Assembly (NCBI RefSeq): GCF_030684315.1
Contig: NC_081391.1
Coordinates: 21,040,629-21,104,628 of the forward strand
DNA length: 64,000 nt
From: Stegostoma tigrinum
Taxonomy: Eukaryota
Reading direction: 5' to 3'
Part shown: one piece after another, positions 47,349 to 62,155 of the stretch
How the letters are laid out: each line of letters starts with the position of its first letter
Position numbering within the stretch: the stretch's first letter is position 1
Program-made: the position numbers and the translations under genes
The notes under the pieces: model-generated
The model's input: only the letters and a program-made list of their open reading frames with translations
What the model was told of the DNA's origin: nothing
Databases searched by the model: none

Positions 47349-49626
47349 ATGGTTTCCCAAGTGTGTCAGAACTACCACAAGGACTGTGAGGATGCTGTTA
47401 ACAAGCAGATCAACCTGGAGCTCTATTCCTCCTATGTTTACCTCTCCATGGTGAGCTTTGTGGAATTGAAGCCTGTGCTATGATAGTGTTGACCTGTTTG
47501 GTTTTTATGCTGGGTTAATGAATTAGCTGTAACATGTATTATTTTCTGTGGCCCTTCCCCTGTTGCAATCTAGTGCAGGTCTTATCACTGACTCTCTGTT
47601 CAAAACCTGACCATTGTCTTCATGTCCAACTGGCTCCTGGATGTGGATGCCCAGCTTGCTGTCTCTGGACAATGTAACCCTTGGTGATTTTTTTCATCTA
47701 ACTCTGAAGGGATGATCTGGTCTTGGTCAATAATTAATTTTTGTAAAACTTTGGTTGTATTCCTTTTCTCAACAAAAGCTTTTCCTGACACAAATATACT
47801 CCTTTTTTTCAAACCTTGCCCTATTCACCGGACTGTCTTGTGCTCAAGATGTCAAGTTCCCTGAACTAAAAGAACAGCTGCTGCTAGACATTAAACACTA
47901 ACAAAAAGAGCTAGAAAAGCTCTACAGAGCTGGAAGAAATCCAAGCTCTGGGTCCATTGACCCTTTCTCAGAAGTGGCTTTGAGCTATGCAATGTGAGGA
48001 AAGGGGCACATTTTCAGACTATGTATGTGTTTTTTTTTTCTTTCTCTCTAACAAAGCAGTTAAAATTCTGTGGAGTGGGTGGTAGGACACTGCGGTTATT
48101 CAGGTGGGTGATAGTGATAATGAGACTGCTGACTGAGCTTTCTGGTTGTGTTAATGAACACATGTCCCTTCATTCAGTTGGACAGGGGCCGAACTGGTCT
48201 CCACCTCCTGAACAATAGTGTTTCTAACCTGCAGAGCAGGGATGTCTAATGGCTCTAGACAGCTCTCCCCTTCATCATCCATGGAAGGTGACTTCCTGCT
48301 TTGTCTGTTTTTTTAACCACTTAAATGTGGAATCCAGATGGTGCCCAGGTTAGTTCCAGAGTGAGGAGTGTCATTCATGAATTTCAGACAGTTTCCTTTT
48401 AGCCTCTCTCTTCCCACAGTTCTCTTACTTTGACCGGGATGATGTTGCCCTGCATCACTTTGCTGAGTTCTTCAAGGAGCAGTCCCATGAGGAACGGGAA
48501 CACGCTGAGAAACTGATGGCATTCCAGAATAAACGTGGAGTTCGAGTCATCCTGCAGGACATCAAGGTTAGATTCTGAAGCCTTCTGTTTGCAGCTTTTT
48601 GTGAGCAGCTACAATCGACTGGTATCTCCATCTATTTAGCTTTAGCCTTGAACAAATACTGTGTGAAGGGGAGGGTGTTCACCAAAATAGGATTCCTTTA
48701 GGTTGAAAGGAAATACTCTGCACTTATGAGGGCAATTGAGAGGAACCAGAATAGTGAGTAGATATCAATGTGAATGACTCTCCTTCAGACAGAATGAGGT
48801 AACAAAAGCTAAGACAGGAAATTGTTGCACTGTGGAAAGTAGCAGTGTCCAGCCTTTCTGAATCTGGAAGATGTTTCTAACACCACAATAGTGAAGCCAG
48901 GAACTACTTCCATTGGTACCTATTCTCTACATGTGAATTCTGAGAATCTACATTAACAGTAGAATGTGTTTAGAAAATTTGTTATTCCCTCAGTACAAAA
49001 TCTAGTTGTTGTCTTCAAATTAAAGTTGGTTTGCAGTACCTCCCCTACAATGATGAGGGATAACTAACTGATCAGATGTAGACTAATGATACAACTGCCT
49101 GCTGAACTGTGCTTTCTGTTCCTGCTTCCCTCCCTCCAGAAGCCAGAGCAGGATGAGTGGGGCAGTGGTCTGGAGGCAATGCAGAGAGCTCTGCAGATGG
49201 AGAAGGATGTGAACCAGAGTCTGCTGGATCTGCACAAACTCGCCTCTGGCCACACTGACCCTCATGTGAGTTTGTAAACTTTCTTCTTGGAAGAAAGTGG
49301 TGTGTTTGTGCACTCTCTGGGTAAAAATCCAATTACCTTCTCCCAGCCTCCTGCAGGCTGTTAAAACAAACTTACAAATGCATCACCTCAGTGGACCTCC
49401 ACCTGGTTGTGATGGTCACATCTGTCATGGGGGTCACTTTCAGACACTTTTGATCCTCTGGATTAATTTTCTCTTCCAGCTGTGTGACTTGCTGGAGAGG
49501 CAATACTTGGATGAGCAAGTGAAGATGATCAAGAAGCTGGGAGATCACATCACCAACCTGAAGAGACTGGGAGCCCCTGACAATGGCATGGGAGAGTACC
49601 TGTTTGACAGGCTCACACTCGGCTGA
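47349..49626 (+). CDS. ferritin subunit, copy D', 173 aa, frame intact with two extra missense changes
   Basis: join(47349..47450,48420..48566,49140..49265,49480..49626). RGG>RGV and CDF>CDL relative to D. TATA at 47272. Confidence 0.9.
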
Positions 49627-51700
49627 ATGGGGTCAATAATGTGTATGTTGTACATGGTGACATAATGCTAGTAACTTGGTTGTGCTCTGAGCAAATTAAA
49701 ATAGTGTTCACCATGCAACTGAGTACTTTGCATAATTTCACAGCTGCTTCTGGCTCTTGGTATTGCTGTTTGACACCTGATCATGAAGTGTTTTTCTGTT
49801 CTGATTAACCTTTGATTCAATGCCTGCCCCACTGGTTTGCTCCTTTTTCTCTTGTTTGTAGGAATTAGGTGGGCAATCCTTGTAGTGGAAATTCCACAAG
49901 TGTTCAGTTTGGGTTTTTTGGCTAGTAAGCAGTGTTGTATTGACTTTTTTATTCCAAACCAGCTTCTGGTCAATATCTTCAGTGAAACCAGCCCCCTGTC
50001 TCAATGTTAGACACTGCCCTTGCAAATGTTTAGGTCTCTTTTGTAAATAAGCAGGGGCAAGAAATAGCAAGTTTGGAGCATCTGTGGAGAGAAAACTGTT
50101 CAGTCCCAGGACCCAAGCTTTCCAGCAATTTTGTTGTCGCACTTCAAATCTAATGATTTGAGCATACATTCACTCTTTTTGGAACAGGAATATATATAGC
50201 AGAACATCCAGCATTTCAGATGCACTGATCTTTAGCATTTAGATAAGCAATTGTGTCCAGATCTGGGAAATTGGTTTCTCTCTTTTGCTGCGGTGGTGGA
50301 AGGAGTGAGGGCAGTGGCTGTTTGTAGGAGAATGGCAGAGTTTGTTTTCTTGTGTATCAGTCTCTCTGCTTCTAGACAATGATCCTGATTAGGTAATGAA
50401 GCAGTCCCCACCTTCGAGCCCCTGTGGTAGAACTTCTATCACTTCTCTGCAGTCTAAGGACGCCAAATGCTCATGACACCAGGAGAAAATAAAGCTCGAA
50501 CCCAAATGCCACTGGCAGAAATCAGCAGTTCCTATTCTTAGCAAGGAAATAAGCTCTCCTGATGTAGATTGACTGACTGGAATGTACCTACACCTGCAGA
50601 GCACTCTGGCTGCCTAATTACTGATGCTCAGGGGTGACAGATTCCTTTATAAAAAGGATGAGGATGTCTCTGAGCTGACACCATTTATCCCTTTCCGATT
50701 GCCCCCCGCCAAAGCCAGGTCAGAGTGTCACGCTTTGCTGTGGTTGCAGTGTCATATGCAGGCCAGACTAAGTAAGGATGCATTTTTGACACTGAATTTA
50801 ATGCTACTCATCAGTTTCTTAATTCTAGAACTCCAGAGAGTTGTTGCACAGAATTAGAAGATCAGTCCACCACTCCAGAAATGTGATGGCCTCCCGCTCC
50901 CACCAGCCACGAGATTCATTCTTTGCACCACTGACACACACAGAGTACACTGTGTACTGCCTCCCAAAAGCTGCAGAAATCCACCATCGCTCCTGAGACA
51001 ATACTTTCCATAGCCCTAATTACGTGCCATGGGAGAAAAGCATCTGATACAGGGGAACACCACCCCCTCTAACTACTCCACCAAGCGACATGCCATCCTG
51101 AGTTGGAAACGTGACCCGCCATGCTCCAGGGTCGGTGGATCAGAATCCTGGAATTCCCTCACTCAGAACATTATGGATCTGACGACAGCAAATAGGCAAC
51201 AGCAATTCAAGAAGGAAAGCCACCACATTCTCTCATGGTGAGCCTGATCTCAGACCGGGTCCAATACCTCGGGATGGGCCTTCTTTTGTGAAATTGTCAA
51301 GTCCTAGTTCAACCCCATCTGGAGTGCACTGTTCCAGTAGGTTCAATCCAAAGATGCTTATGCACAGAATTTCTGGAATGAACCTGTGCAGAAAGTTAAT
51401 TGGCTACGATGATAATAGTTTTCCCAAGTCTCTCGGTGTAGAAGTGGAAGGGATGTCTGTGCTTGAAATTTACAAGTGGATTCATGGATTTGATAGGGTA
51501 GATAGAGAGATCCTGCTTCTTTTCAATTCCATTCCAGGACCGAGAGTGGGGAATATGATTACATTCCTAGTAGTAGAAGTAAATCATCCATGATAAAGCA
51601 AAAAACAGCTGCTTTTTGGAAAGGATAATATGTGAATGAGCAGTTAGATATTTATTCGGTAAGATATTGATGTTGCCAATCACTTTCCCATTGCAACATA

Positions 51701-52844
51701 TGACCAAACAGGTTGATGTGGTGTATATGGATTTCGGCAAGGCTTTCGATTAGGCTATTGTACAAAATACGGAGGAATGGGATTGTGGGAGATATAGCAG
51801 TTTGGATCAGAAATTGGCTTGCTGAAAGAAGACAGCGTGGTGGTTGATGGGAAATGTTCATCCTAGAGACCGGTTACTCGCGGTGTACCGCAAGGGTCGG
51901 TGCTGGGTCCACTGCTGTTTGTCATTTTTATAAACGTAGAAGGATGGGTTAGTAAATTTGCAGACGACACGAAGGTCGGTGGAGATGTGGATAGTGACGA
52001 AGAATGTTGTAGGTTACAGAGAGACGTAGATAAGTTGCAGAGCTGGGCTGAGAGGTGGCAAACGGAGGTTAATGCGGACAAGTGTGAGGTGTTGTACTTT
52101 GGTAGGAGGAACCGGAAGGCAAAGTACTGTAAGATTCTTGGTAGTGTAGATGAGCAGAGAGATCTCGGTGACCATGTACACAGATCCTTGAAAGTTGCCA
52201 CCCAGGTTGACAGAGTTGTTAAGAAGGCATACAGTGTTTTAGCTTTTATGAATCCAGGGATCATGTTCCGGAACCAAGAGGTTATGCTGCAGCTGTACAA
52301 AACTCTGGTGCGGCCGCACTTGGAGCATTGCGTACAATTCTGGTCACCGCGTTATAAGAAGGATGTGGAAGTTTTGGAAAGGGTGCAGAGGAGGTTTACT
52401 AGGATGTTGCCTGGTATGGAGGGAAAGTCTTACGAGGAAAGGCTGAGGGACTTGAGGCTGTTCTCGTTAGAGAGAAGAAGGTTGAGAGGTGACTTAATTG
52501 AGACATATAAGATAATCAAAGGGTTAGACAGGTTGGATAGGGAGAGCCTTTTCCCTAGGACGGAAACGGCGAGCACGAGGGGGCATAGCTTTAAATTGAG
52601 GGGTGAAAGATATAGGACAGATGTCAGAGGTAGTTGCTTTACTCAGAGAATAGTAAGGGTATGGAACGCTTTGCCTACAACGGTCGTAGATTCACCAACT
52701 TTAAGTACATTTAAGTCGTCATTGGACAAGCATATGGACGTACGTGGAATAGTGTTGGTTAGATGAGCTTCAGATCGGTATGACAGGTCGGCACAACGTC
52801 AGGGCCGAAGGGCCTGTACTGTGCTGTAATGTTCTATGTTCTAT
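51701..52844 (+). mobile_element. 5'-truncated CR1 LINE (duplicate of 25838-26999)
   Basis: ORF 51900..52766. TSD AACATA at 51695-51700 and 52845-52850. Extra 18-bp deletion near 51712. Confidence 0.92.
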
Positions 52845-54051
52845 AACATAAAAGATTAATGCATTTTGGTTGAGAAACATAGAAAGACAAAACAGGCTCG
52901 ATGTTACAAATCTGAGGTGAGTACGGGAGCAGAGGGACTTTGGGTTTCAAGTATGTGATTATCTGAAAGTGGCCGAGCGGGACTAACCTGCTGTGAAGAA
53001 GGCTTTTGTGAAATGTGTGTTTTCAAATAGATGCGGAGAGTATAAAAGCGAGGAATAGATGTTACACCTCCACAAATCATGGGTTAGACCACATTTGCAG
53101 TACTGTGTTCAGTTCTGGGCATGGTATTTAAGGAAGGACATTAAAGCCCTCGACAGAGTTCAAAGGGCATTTACGAGAATGACACCAGGAATGAGGGATT
53201 TTAGATACAAGGAAAGATGAAGGAAATTGGGATAAATCTCCTTGAAGCATAGTTGATTAAGAGGTGTCCCCGTTGAAGTGACAAAAATAATGAACATTCT
53301 GGCAGGGTAAAGGAGGATATCCTGTTTTCACCAGTTGATACGGCAGTGATGAGGGGTCACAATTTGTCAGTAAGGGAGCTCTGAGATGAGGACAAACCTC
53401 TCTATTCAGAAGGTTGTTAGGATTTGGAATCTGATGCCTGGGAGAGTGGCGGAGGTAGATCCCATAGGTGGCTTCAAAACAAGAGCTGGATATATACTTG
53501 GGAGTGACGAATATAGAGGGTATAGGGCTGGAGAGGGGGACTAGGTGGGTAGCTCTTTCGGAAGCCGATACGGACATGATGGGCTGAATGGCCTCTGTCG
53601 TTAAAAATCCTCTGAATGTCCACCCAGGAACTTTTGTAAATTTTGGGTTTGTATTCCTATCAGTCTTAAATGTCCAACCCAGTCCTCTTACATCAGGATA
53701 CCCTGATCCTGGACTCCCCCATCATTGGGAACATCCTTCCTGTCCTTGCCCCGTCTGATCCTGTCACAGTTTTCTATGACCCAGAGCCAATTTGCCACCT
53801 TTCTGTCTCATATCCCAGCACAACAGGCTGAGAAACTGACACCTCTTCTTCATTGACTTCCTCGTGCAGTTTGTCACAACCACCTTAATTTAGAAACAAA
53901 ATGTTAAAGCTTTTTTCAATTGCCAGTCATCATCAGTTCTGCCCTTCTCTGTGTCAGTGCGGGATGGCCCCCAGGAGTATAAATACAGAGCTTGTCGGGG
54001 AGCAACTCAGTTCTAGGGTGGTCTTGGTTTTAATGAACAAGGCTAGTGATG

Positions 54052-56461
54052 ATGGCCTCCCAAGTGTGTCAGAATTACCACAAGGACTGTGAGGATGCTG
54101 TGAACAAACAGATCAACCTGGAGCTTTATTCCTCCTATGTTTACCTCTCCATGGTGAGACTTGTGATCTTGAATGGTCTATTTCAGTGTTAGGGCTGTGA
54201 TATGATTGTACTGAGCCTTTAAGTGGCTTCTTGCTCAATGATTTAGTACTACCATATATCTTGTCTGTTGTCCTTCCTGGAATGAATCCTGTGAGTGCTC
54301 TTAATGCTAATTCTGTAGCAATTTTAAGCTTGTCTTGTGTTGGAGCTGGCTCTTGTCTAGGAGTCCCCAGTATGTTGTAATTCTGGGCAGAGCACATTTT
54401 TGGTGCTGAGGGATGGCCTGGTTCTGCTTCTTAATTCAACTCCTCCTTCCATGTTGATATCAATGGCCCATTTATATTTGAAATCATTTACATCCTTGTG
54501 GAAGCTTGCATCAGTCCAAATCTAACTTTTTATATCTTGTCCTTTTAATGAAGCCTTTTTTTTAATAAACATCCTAACTGTGATTAACTACTGGAAATAA
54601 AAGACTAAAATGAGCTGCTGGAAAAGCTTAGTGGGTCTGGTAGGATCTGTGGTGAGAAATCAGTTCCTGTTTTTGGTCCAGTGACCTTTCCTTCATGGTT
54701 TTTAGTTGCTACTTATGAGGAGCAGACTTTTTCCACTCCCAAGATGGATTATCTGGAACAAAAATCAGTCACTGTCTCTTGTGCAGATGAGGTGTTAGGA
54801 CAGTGTGGCTAAATCAGATGAGTGATGTTGGTAATGTGAGGAGCTCAGATTTCAGCTTCTCTTGGTCAACATGCACATGTCCCTTCGTTCTGTTGGACAA
54901 TGCCCTGATTGGCTTCCAGCACTGGGTAATAGTGTTTCTGACCTGCAGTGCAGGGATGTCTAATGCCTGTTGCCAGCTGTGACCGTCACCGTGCACTGTC
55001 TCACCAAGTCACCGACCAGCGGTTGTAGCGGGTGCTACTTAATCTTTATTTCTAGATGTTTGAACAAATGTCTGTCTAGTTTAGTTTATGGATGACCATA
55101 AATGTAAATACCTGTCTTCTTACTGTCCATCTAACTTCCATTTCGTGAGCAAAACCAAGCTGAATTGAGTGAAATTTACTTCCCATTTTGTCTGTTTGCA
55201 GTTCTCTCTCTTTGACCGGGATGATGTTGCCCTCCATCACTTTGCTGAGTTCTTCAAGGAGCAGTCCCATGAGGAGCGGGAACACGCTGAGAAACTGATG
55301 GCATTCCAGAATAAACGTGGAGGCTGAGTCCTCCTGCAGGACATCAAGGTTGGATTCTGAGAATGTCTGTCTGTTTGCAGCTTTTTGAGCAGCTACAATC
55401 GACTGGTATCTCCATCTATTTAGCTTCAGGATTGATCAAATACTATGTCAAGGGCAAGTTGTTCACCAAAACAGGATTTGTTTAGGGAAAAGGGAAATAC
55501 TTTGCATTTGTGACTCAATAGCAGAAGGCAATTCAGATGATCCAGGCTACTGGATGGTGAGCACATGTCCCTGTATGTGACTCTATATGGACAAGGTGAG
55601 GTAACAAAAGGTAAGGCTGAGAACTTGCAGCTACAAAAAGCAGCAGCATCCAACCTCACTACATCCAGAAGAGGTTTGTAATGCCTTGGGACCATTCTGG
55701 TCACTACATCAAACAGTAAAGCAAGGGATTACTTCCATTGCGACTGATTCTAGATACGACTTCTTTCAGAATTCACAGTAACAGTGGGATATGTTAACAT
55801 TTCTTTATTCTCAGACCAGCATAAAATCTAGAGGGTTTTTGTATCCAAGTAAAATTTTTTGTCTGAATGTAACCCCTGGAAATGATGAGGGATAACTAAC
55901 TGATCAGATGTAGACTAATGATAGAACTGCCTGCTGAGCTGTGCTTTCTGTTCCTGCTTCCCTCGCTTCAGAAGCCAGAGCAGGATGAGTGCAGCAATGG
56001 TCTGGAGGTGATGCAGAGAGCTCTGCAGATGGAGAAGGATGTGAACCAGAGTCTGCTGGATCTGCACAAACTTGCCTCTGACCACATAGACCCTCATGTG
56101 AGGTTTTATCCCTTTCCTGGTAGAAAGTGATCTGTTTGTGTACTTCCAGGGTGGGGAATCCAATTATTTTTCTACCTGCCTCCTGCAGGATGTTTAAACA
56201 AAACCTTGTGAAGGCATCACTTGCATGCCCCTCCCCCATAGGGAGGTGATGGTCACTTCTGTCATGGGAGGTCACTGACATTTTTTGATCCTTGTTGGAT
56301 TAATTTTGTCTTCCAGCTGTGATTTCATGGAGAGGCACTACTTGGATAAGTAAGTGAAGATGATCAAGAAGCTGGGAGATCACATCACCAACCTGAAGAG
56401 ACTGGGAGCCCCTGACAATGGCATGGGAGAGTACCTGTTTGACAGGTTCTCACTCAGCTGA
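54052..56461 (+). pseudogene. ferritin pseudogene E'
   Basis: Exons 54052..54153, 55202..55348, 55972..56097 and 56317..56461. TGA at 55325-55327, the same 2-bp exon-4 deletion as E, and an extra CAA>TAA at 56351. Confidence 0.92.
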
Positions 56462-58850
56462 ATGGGGTCAATATCTATCTGTTGTACATGGTGACCTCAT
56501 TCTACTAAATGACTAGTTGTTCTCTGAGCAAATTAAAAGAGTGTTCACCATGGAACTGAGTACAGTGTGTAATTTTCATAGCTTCCGGTTCTTGGAGGTT
56601 TTTTGTGTTTTAACATCTGGTAATCAAATCCATTTTCTGTTCTTTCTTGCAACCTTTGATTCAATGCCTGCCCCAGTAATTTGCTCGGTGTTTGCTTCTG
56701 CTGAGAGTCTGTAGGGATTGAGTGGGCAATCTTGTCCTTGGAAATGCCACAACTGGCAAATATCTGCATTGCAGACAATGCCAGAACAAAATCTGTCCTC
56801 AGCTTTCCCAGGACAATTTTTCAGGACCAGCTTCGGCTCAAAACCATGACTGAAATCTGTCCTGTGCCTAAACATTAGGCATTGCCAAGGCCCGTCCATT
56901 CATTCAATCTTCAGCATTTTTGGAAAAACCAAGCTGACACTGGAAACCAGGAACAAAAGCTGCTGGGAAATCTCAGGTTTGGTAGTGAGAAGTGTTGAAC
57001 AGAACCGGGACATGAGACACGTGTTTATCTCTTGAATGATTTTGTTGCCAGGCCATGAGGTGTTTTCCACCTACTTGTTCTCTTGCTTAAATCCTACTGA
57101 CTTTAATAGGTCACAAAATTCCTCATTACAAGGATATAAAGTTGACCAATCGTGCAAGGTACACCTGCTTTTCTGCAACTGTTTACCATTTACATGTTTC
57201 CTGAGCTAGAGAATTGTTTCTCTAGTATGTCCTTTCCATTCAGTAGAATGAAAGCTCTGCTTTCTCCCTGACAATGCTAATGACTATGGCCTCTATTAGG
57301 CAATGAAGCAGTGCCCACCTTCTAAAGCATCTGCTGTAACTCCTGTCCTTGCTCTGCAATGCAAAGGTGACAAATGCTGAGGACACCTGATGACAATAAA
57401 GCAAAAACCAAAATACCACTTGCAGAAGTCAGTAGTTCCAATTTCCTTTACATTTAATTGTGAAGAAAATCAGCTTTCTGATGTAATCTGGCCTCCATGT
57501 GGCTCCACACATGCTGCATTGGGTCTAGCTCATTGCTGTCAATCACAATCAGTCACTGGTTTCTAATGGATGACCACTGACAATTCCTTGACAGGATAAG
57601 GATGTCACTGACCAGGCAGCATTTATCCTCTGTCTGAACTGCCCATGGGCCCATTAGTCAACTACAGTGCTTTAGGCTTGGTGTCATATACTGGCCAGAC
57701 CAGGTAAGGATGGCAGTTTGGCAGTTCCCTTCCCTGAATGACTTCAGTGAAAAGGATATTTTATTCAGACTAGGAATTGCATGCTCATTTTTAGGTTCAT
57801 AATGCCCGAAGAGAGTTTTTCAGACAGAATCAGGACAATGGGCCTCAGTCCCACACTCCAGAAGCTTAAGAGTTGCCAGCTCAGAGCAGCCACGAGATTC
57901 ACTCCTTCCACCACTGACACACAGGGACTGCAATGTGTACTATCACCAAATGTTGTAGAAATCCACCAAAGCTCCTTAGACAACACCTTCCAAAGCCCCC
58001 ATTACTTGCCATGGGACAAGGGCAGCAAATACATGGAGCACAACCGCCTCCAAGTTCTACACCAAGCCATTCACCATCCTGAATTGGAAACATGGTCCCA
58101 TTCCCCTAGTGTGCTGGATCAGAATCCTGGAATTCCCTCCCTAACAGCATTGGGGATCTGCCTACACCAAATGGGCAACAGCAATTCAAGAAGGCAAGCC
58201 ACCACATTCTCTCATCTAATGTTAGGCCTGATCTCTGAGGGTTTCAACTACCTCTGGCTGATGGTTCTTTTGTGAAATTGTCAAGTTCTAGCTCAACCAC
58301 AGCTGGAGTGCTCAGTTCTAACAGCTTCGACCCAAAGATGGTTATGCACAGAATTTCTGCAATGAACTTGGACAGAGAGCTGGTTCATTGATGATAACGG
58401 TTTGTCCCAGTCCCTCTGTGTAGAAGGTTAAGGGATGGCTGTGTTTGAAATTTCAAAGAGGATTAATGGATTTGACAGAGTGGACAGACAGAATCTGTTT
58501 CTTGTCTATGGTCATTGAGGACTGTGTGCAAAATAGGATTATAATTTTCACATTACAACTAAATCATCCAGGATAGTGTCAAAAACAGCTTCTTTGTGGA
58601 GAAGATAATATGTGCACGTGCTGTTAGATATTTATTGGGTAAGGCTTGACTTTCACAATCACTTTCTAATTTCAACACTAAAAATATGTGAATAACACAT
58701 TTTGTTTGAGAAACATAGAAAGACAAAACAGGCTCAATGTTCCAAATCTGATGTGAGTACAGGAGCAGAGAGACTTTGGGTTTCAAATATGTGATTATCT
58801 GAAAGTGACCAGCCAAGATAATGCTGTTATTGAGAAGGCTGTGGTGAACC

Positions 58851-60040
58851 AAGCATGTGGATGAGGGAAGGGCAGTTGACGTGGTGTACATGGACTTCAG
58901 TAAAGCCTTTGATAAGGTTCCACATGGTAGGCTATTGGAGAAAATACAGAGGCAGAGGATTGAGGGAGATTTAGCAGTTTGGATTAGAAACTGGCTTTCT
59001 GTAAGAAGGCAACGAGTGGTGGTTGATGGAAAATATCCAGCCTGGAGTCAGGTCACTCGTAGTGTGCCTCAAGGATCTGCTTTAGGACCACTGCTGTTTG
59101 TCATTTTTATAAATGACTTGGACGCAGGCATAGGTGGATGGGTTAGTAAGTTTGCAGATGACACTAAAGTCGGTGGAGTGGTGGACGGTGTGGAAGAATG
59201 TTGCACGTTGCAGGGAGACTTGGATAAACTGCAGAATTGGGCTGAAAGGTGGCAAATGGAGTTCAATGCAGATAAATGTGAGTTGATTCAATTTTGGGTG
59301 AATAACAGGAAGGCAGAATACTGGGTCAATGGAAAGATTCTTGGCAGTGCGGATGTGCAGATAGATCTTGGTGTCCATGTACATAGATCCCTGAAAGTTG
59401 TCACCCAGATTGATAATGCTGATAAGAAGGCTTACCGTGTGTTAGGTTTTATTGGTAGAGGGATTGAGTTCCGGAGCCGTGATGTCATGCTGCAACTGTA
59501 CAAAACGCTAGTGCGGCCTCATTTGGAATATTGCGTGCAGTTCTGGTCACCCCGTTACAGGAAGGATGTGGAAGCATTGGGAAAGGTGCAGAGGAGATTT
59601 ACCAGGATGTTGCCTGGTCTGGAGCGCAGGCCCTATGAAGAAACGCTGAGGGACTTGGATCTGTTCTCATTGGAGAGAAGTAGGCTAAGAGGGGATTTAA
59701 TAGAGACATACAAGATGATCAGAGGATTAGATAGGGTGGACAGTGAGAGTCTTTTTCCGAGGATGATGACTTCAACTTGTACAAGGGGGCATAGCTACAA
59801 ATTGCAGGGTGATACATTTAAGACATTTGTCAGAGTCAGGTTCTTTGCTCAGAGAGTGGTAAGGGCGTGGAAAGCCCTGCCTGCCAATGTAGTTAACTCA
59901 GCCACGTTAGGGGCATTTAAACAGTCCTTGGATAAGCATATGGATGGTGACGTGATTGTGTAGGAGGTGGGGCTTGGATTAGCTCACAGGTCGGCGCAAC
60001 ATCGAGGGCCGAAGGGCCCGTTCTGCGCTGTATTGTTCTA
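58851..60040 (+). mobile_element. 5'-truncated CR1 LINE with an uninterrupted 368-codon RT / C-terminal frame
   Basis: ORF 58857..59963: VYMDFSKAFDKVPH, VPQGSALGPLLF, KFADDTK, RPHLEYCVQFWSP. TSD TGAACC at 58845-58850 and TGAGCC at 60041-60046. Confidence 0.94.
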
Positions 60041-62155
60041 TGAGCCTTGTGTTTTCAAATTGAGGCATCGAGCATAAAAGCAAGGAATTGATGATACCCC
60101 TCTACAACTCATTGGTTAGACCACATTTGCAGTGATGTGCTCAGTTCTGGGCGTGGCTTTTCAGGAAGGGCATTCAAGCCCTGGACAGAGTTCAAAGGTG
60201 ATTTATAATAATGACACCTGGAATGGGGAATTTCAGACACACGGAAAGATTAAAGAAATTGCGCTTATTCTCCTTGGAGCAAGAAGCACTTGTTGAAGTG
60301 ATCAAAATTATCACCAATTCTGTCAGGGTAAAGGGGGATATTCTGTTTTCACCAGTGGATACGTTAGTGACGAGGGGTCACAATTTGTCAGTGAGGGAGC
60401 TCACAGTGAGAGGAGGAGAAACCTCTTCACTCAGAAAGTTGGTAGGGTTTGGTATGCGTAGCTGACAGGAGTGATGGACGCAGATTCCACAGGTGGCTTC
60501 AGAAAAGCAGCTGTATACATATATGGAAGTGGCAAATTTAGAGGGATACAGACATAGGGCTGGAGAGTGGGGCTGCGTGTGGAATGCTTTCAGAAACTGA
60601 ATCAGGCACGATGGGCCAAATGGCCTCCTATCATTAAAAATCCTCTGCATGTTCCCCCAGGAAATTCTCAGAGTTTGGAGAGGGGCTTTGTACTCCTCTC
60701 AGTGGGCACCTGTACAAGGCACATTTAATGTGGGAAAACTGTTACACATCAGCAGAGACATGGTCCTTTACACAAGGTAGACCCAGTTCCACTGGCAAAG
60801 AAATGTTGACTGGGGATCCCCCCACTGCTGACCTTCACCCACCGTCACAGCCAACGATAGCACACGCCTATCTTCCACCTGGATGGCCGTTGGGAACTTG
60901 TTTTGCATTGCACTTTACCAGGACCCTCCCCTCGATCGTACCATCCTGGGTGGCCCTGCCAGGAGGTGAAATCCTCTTCAGGTATCACTCTCAGAACCAA
61001 CAGAACACTCGAGGCTCTCCATCACTGCGTGGTGACAATCCACAGGCAGGAGCTGGAGGCAGGGAGATGCTGCTCAGGTCCAGACCCATCACAAAATCGG
61101 AGAATTGTTGTGGCACAGCAGGCGGCCATTCGGTCCTTTGTGCCTGCACCTGTTCTGGTTGTTTTCTAATTCTGCCTGTAGAGATGTTACAAAATCTCTG
61201 GATCTGGTATGGACTTGGACCAAGGCTTCCTGGTCCACAGCTAGGGACATTACCCCTGCATCACAATACCCTGGCTGCACTGGTTGTACAAACTTAGAAT
61301 CATCGAAAAAAAATTGTTGGATTCGGCCATTCAGCCCCCTCCAGACTGCTCTGCCATTCCATGTGATTGTGGCTGATTCCATAACTCAGTCCCATCTTCC
61401 CACTCTCTCTCCATACTCTTTGATCCCTTCAGCCCTCAAAGCTGCACCCAACTGCTCCTGGAAAACATTCAAAGTTTTGGCCTCAAATGTTTTCTGTGGC
61501 AGAGAATTCCACAGGACCCCCACTCTCTCGGTGAAGAGATTTCTCCTCATCTCAGTCCTAAATGTGTACTTAGGCTGTGACCCCTGGTCCTGAACTTTTC
61601 CATCATCAGGAACATCCTTCCTGTCTTTTCCACAGCTGACACTATGACAATTTTCGATGACCCCGAGCCAATTTCCCACCTTTCTTTCCCAAATCCCAGC
61701 ACAACAGGCTGAGAAACTGACACTCCCCTTCCTCAATGAGTCCCTTCTGCAGTTGATCACAACCACCATAATTTAAAAACAAAACGAGCAATCTTTTCTC
61801 AAACCATATTTACTTCTTTTAAAAAAGAACCAAATGACCCATGACCTGATTGAGTGCTGCAGAAGGTTTGAGATGCCGAATGGCCTCCTGCTGTTCCAGT
61901 CACAGAATAACCATCCAGACCTGACTCTCATCTCCACCTCTGATCAGCTCTGCTTAACACACCCTCCCCCTCTCTCTCATTGGTGCCTGCATCCAAGGGT
62001 CATTCCTGATTGGCCAGCAGCAACTGTCAGTCATCATCAGTTCGGTCTCCCTCTGGGTGAGTGCCGGTTCTCTCAGGAGTAGAAACACAACAGCTTTGGG
62101 GATTGAGGCCTTTGTTCCAGAGTTGTCCTTGTGATTGTGAGCAGGAATAGTGAAG

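Noticed and set aside
58857-59963. 368-aa RT ORF as an active or domesticated gene
   Set aside because: It is a 5'-truncated CR1 without ORF1, endonuclease or the start of the RT domain, and the sister copy at 32383 is deleted internally.
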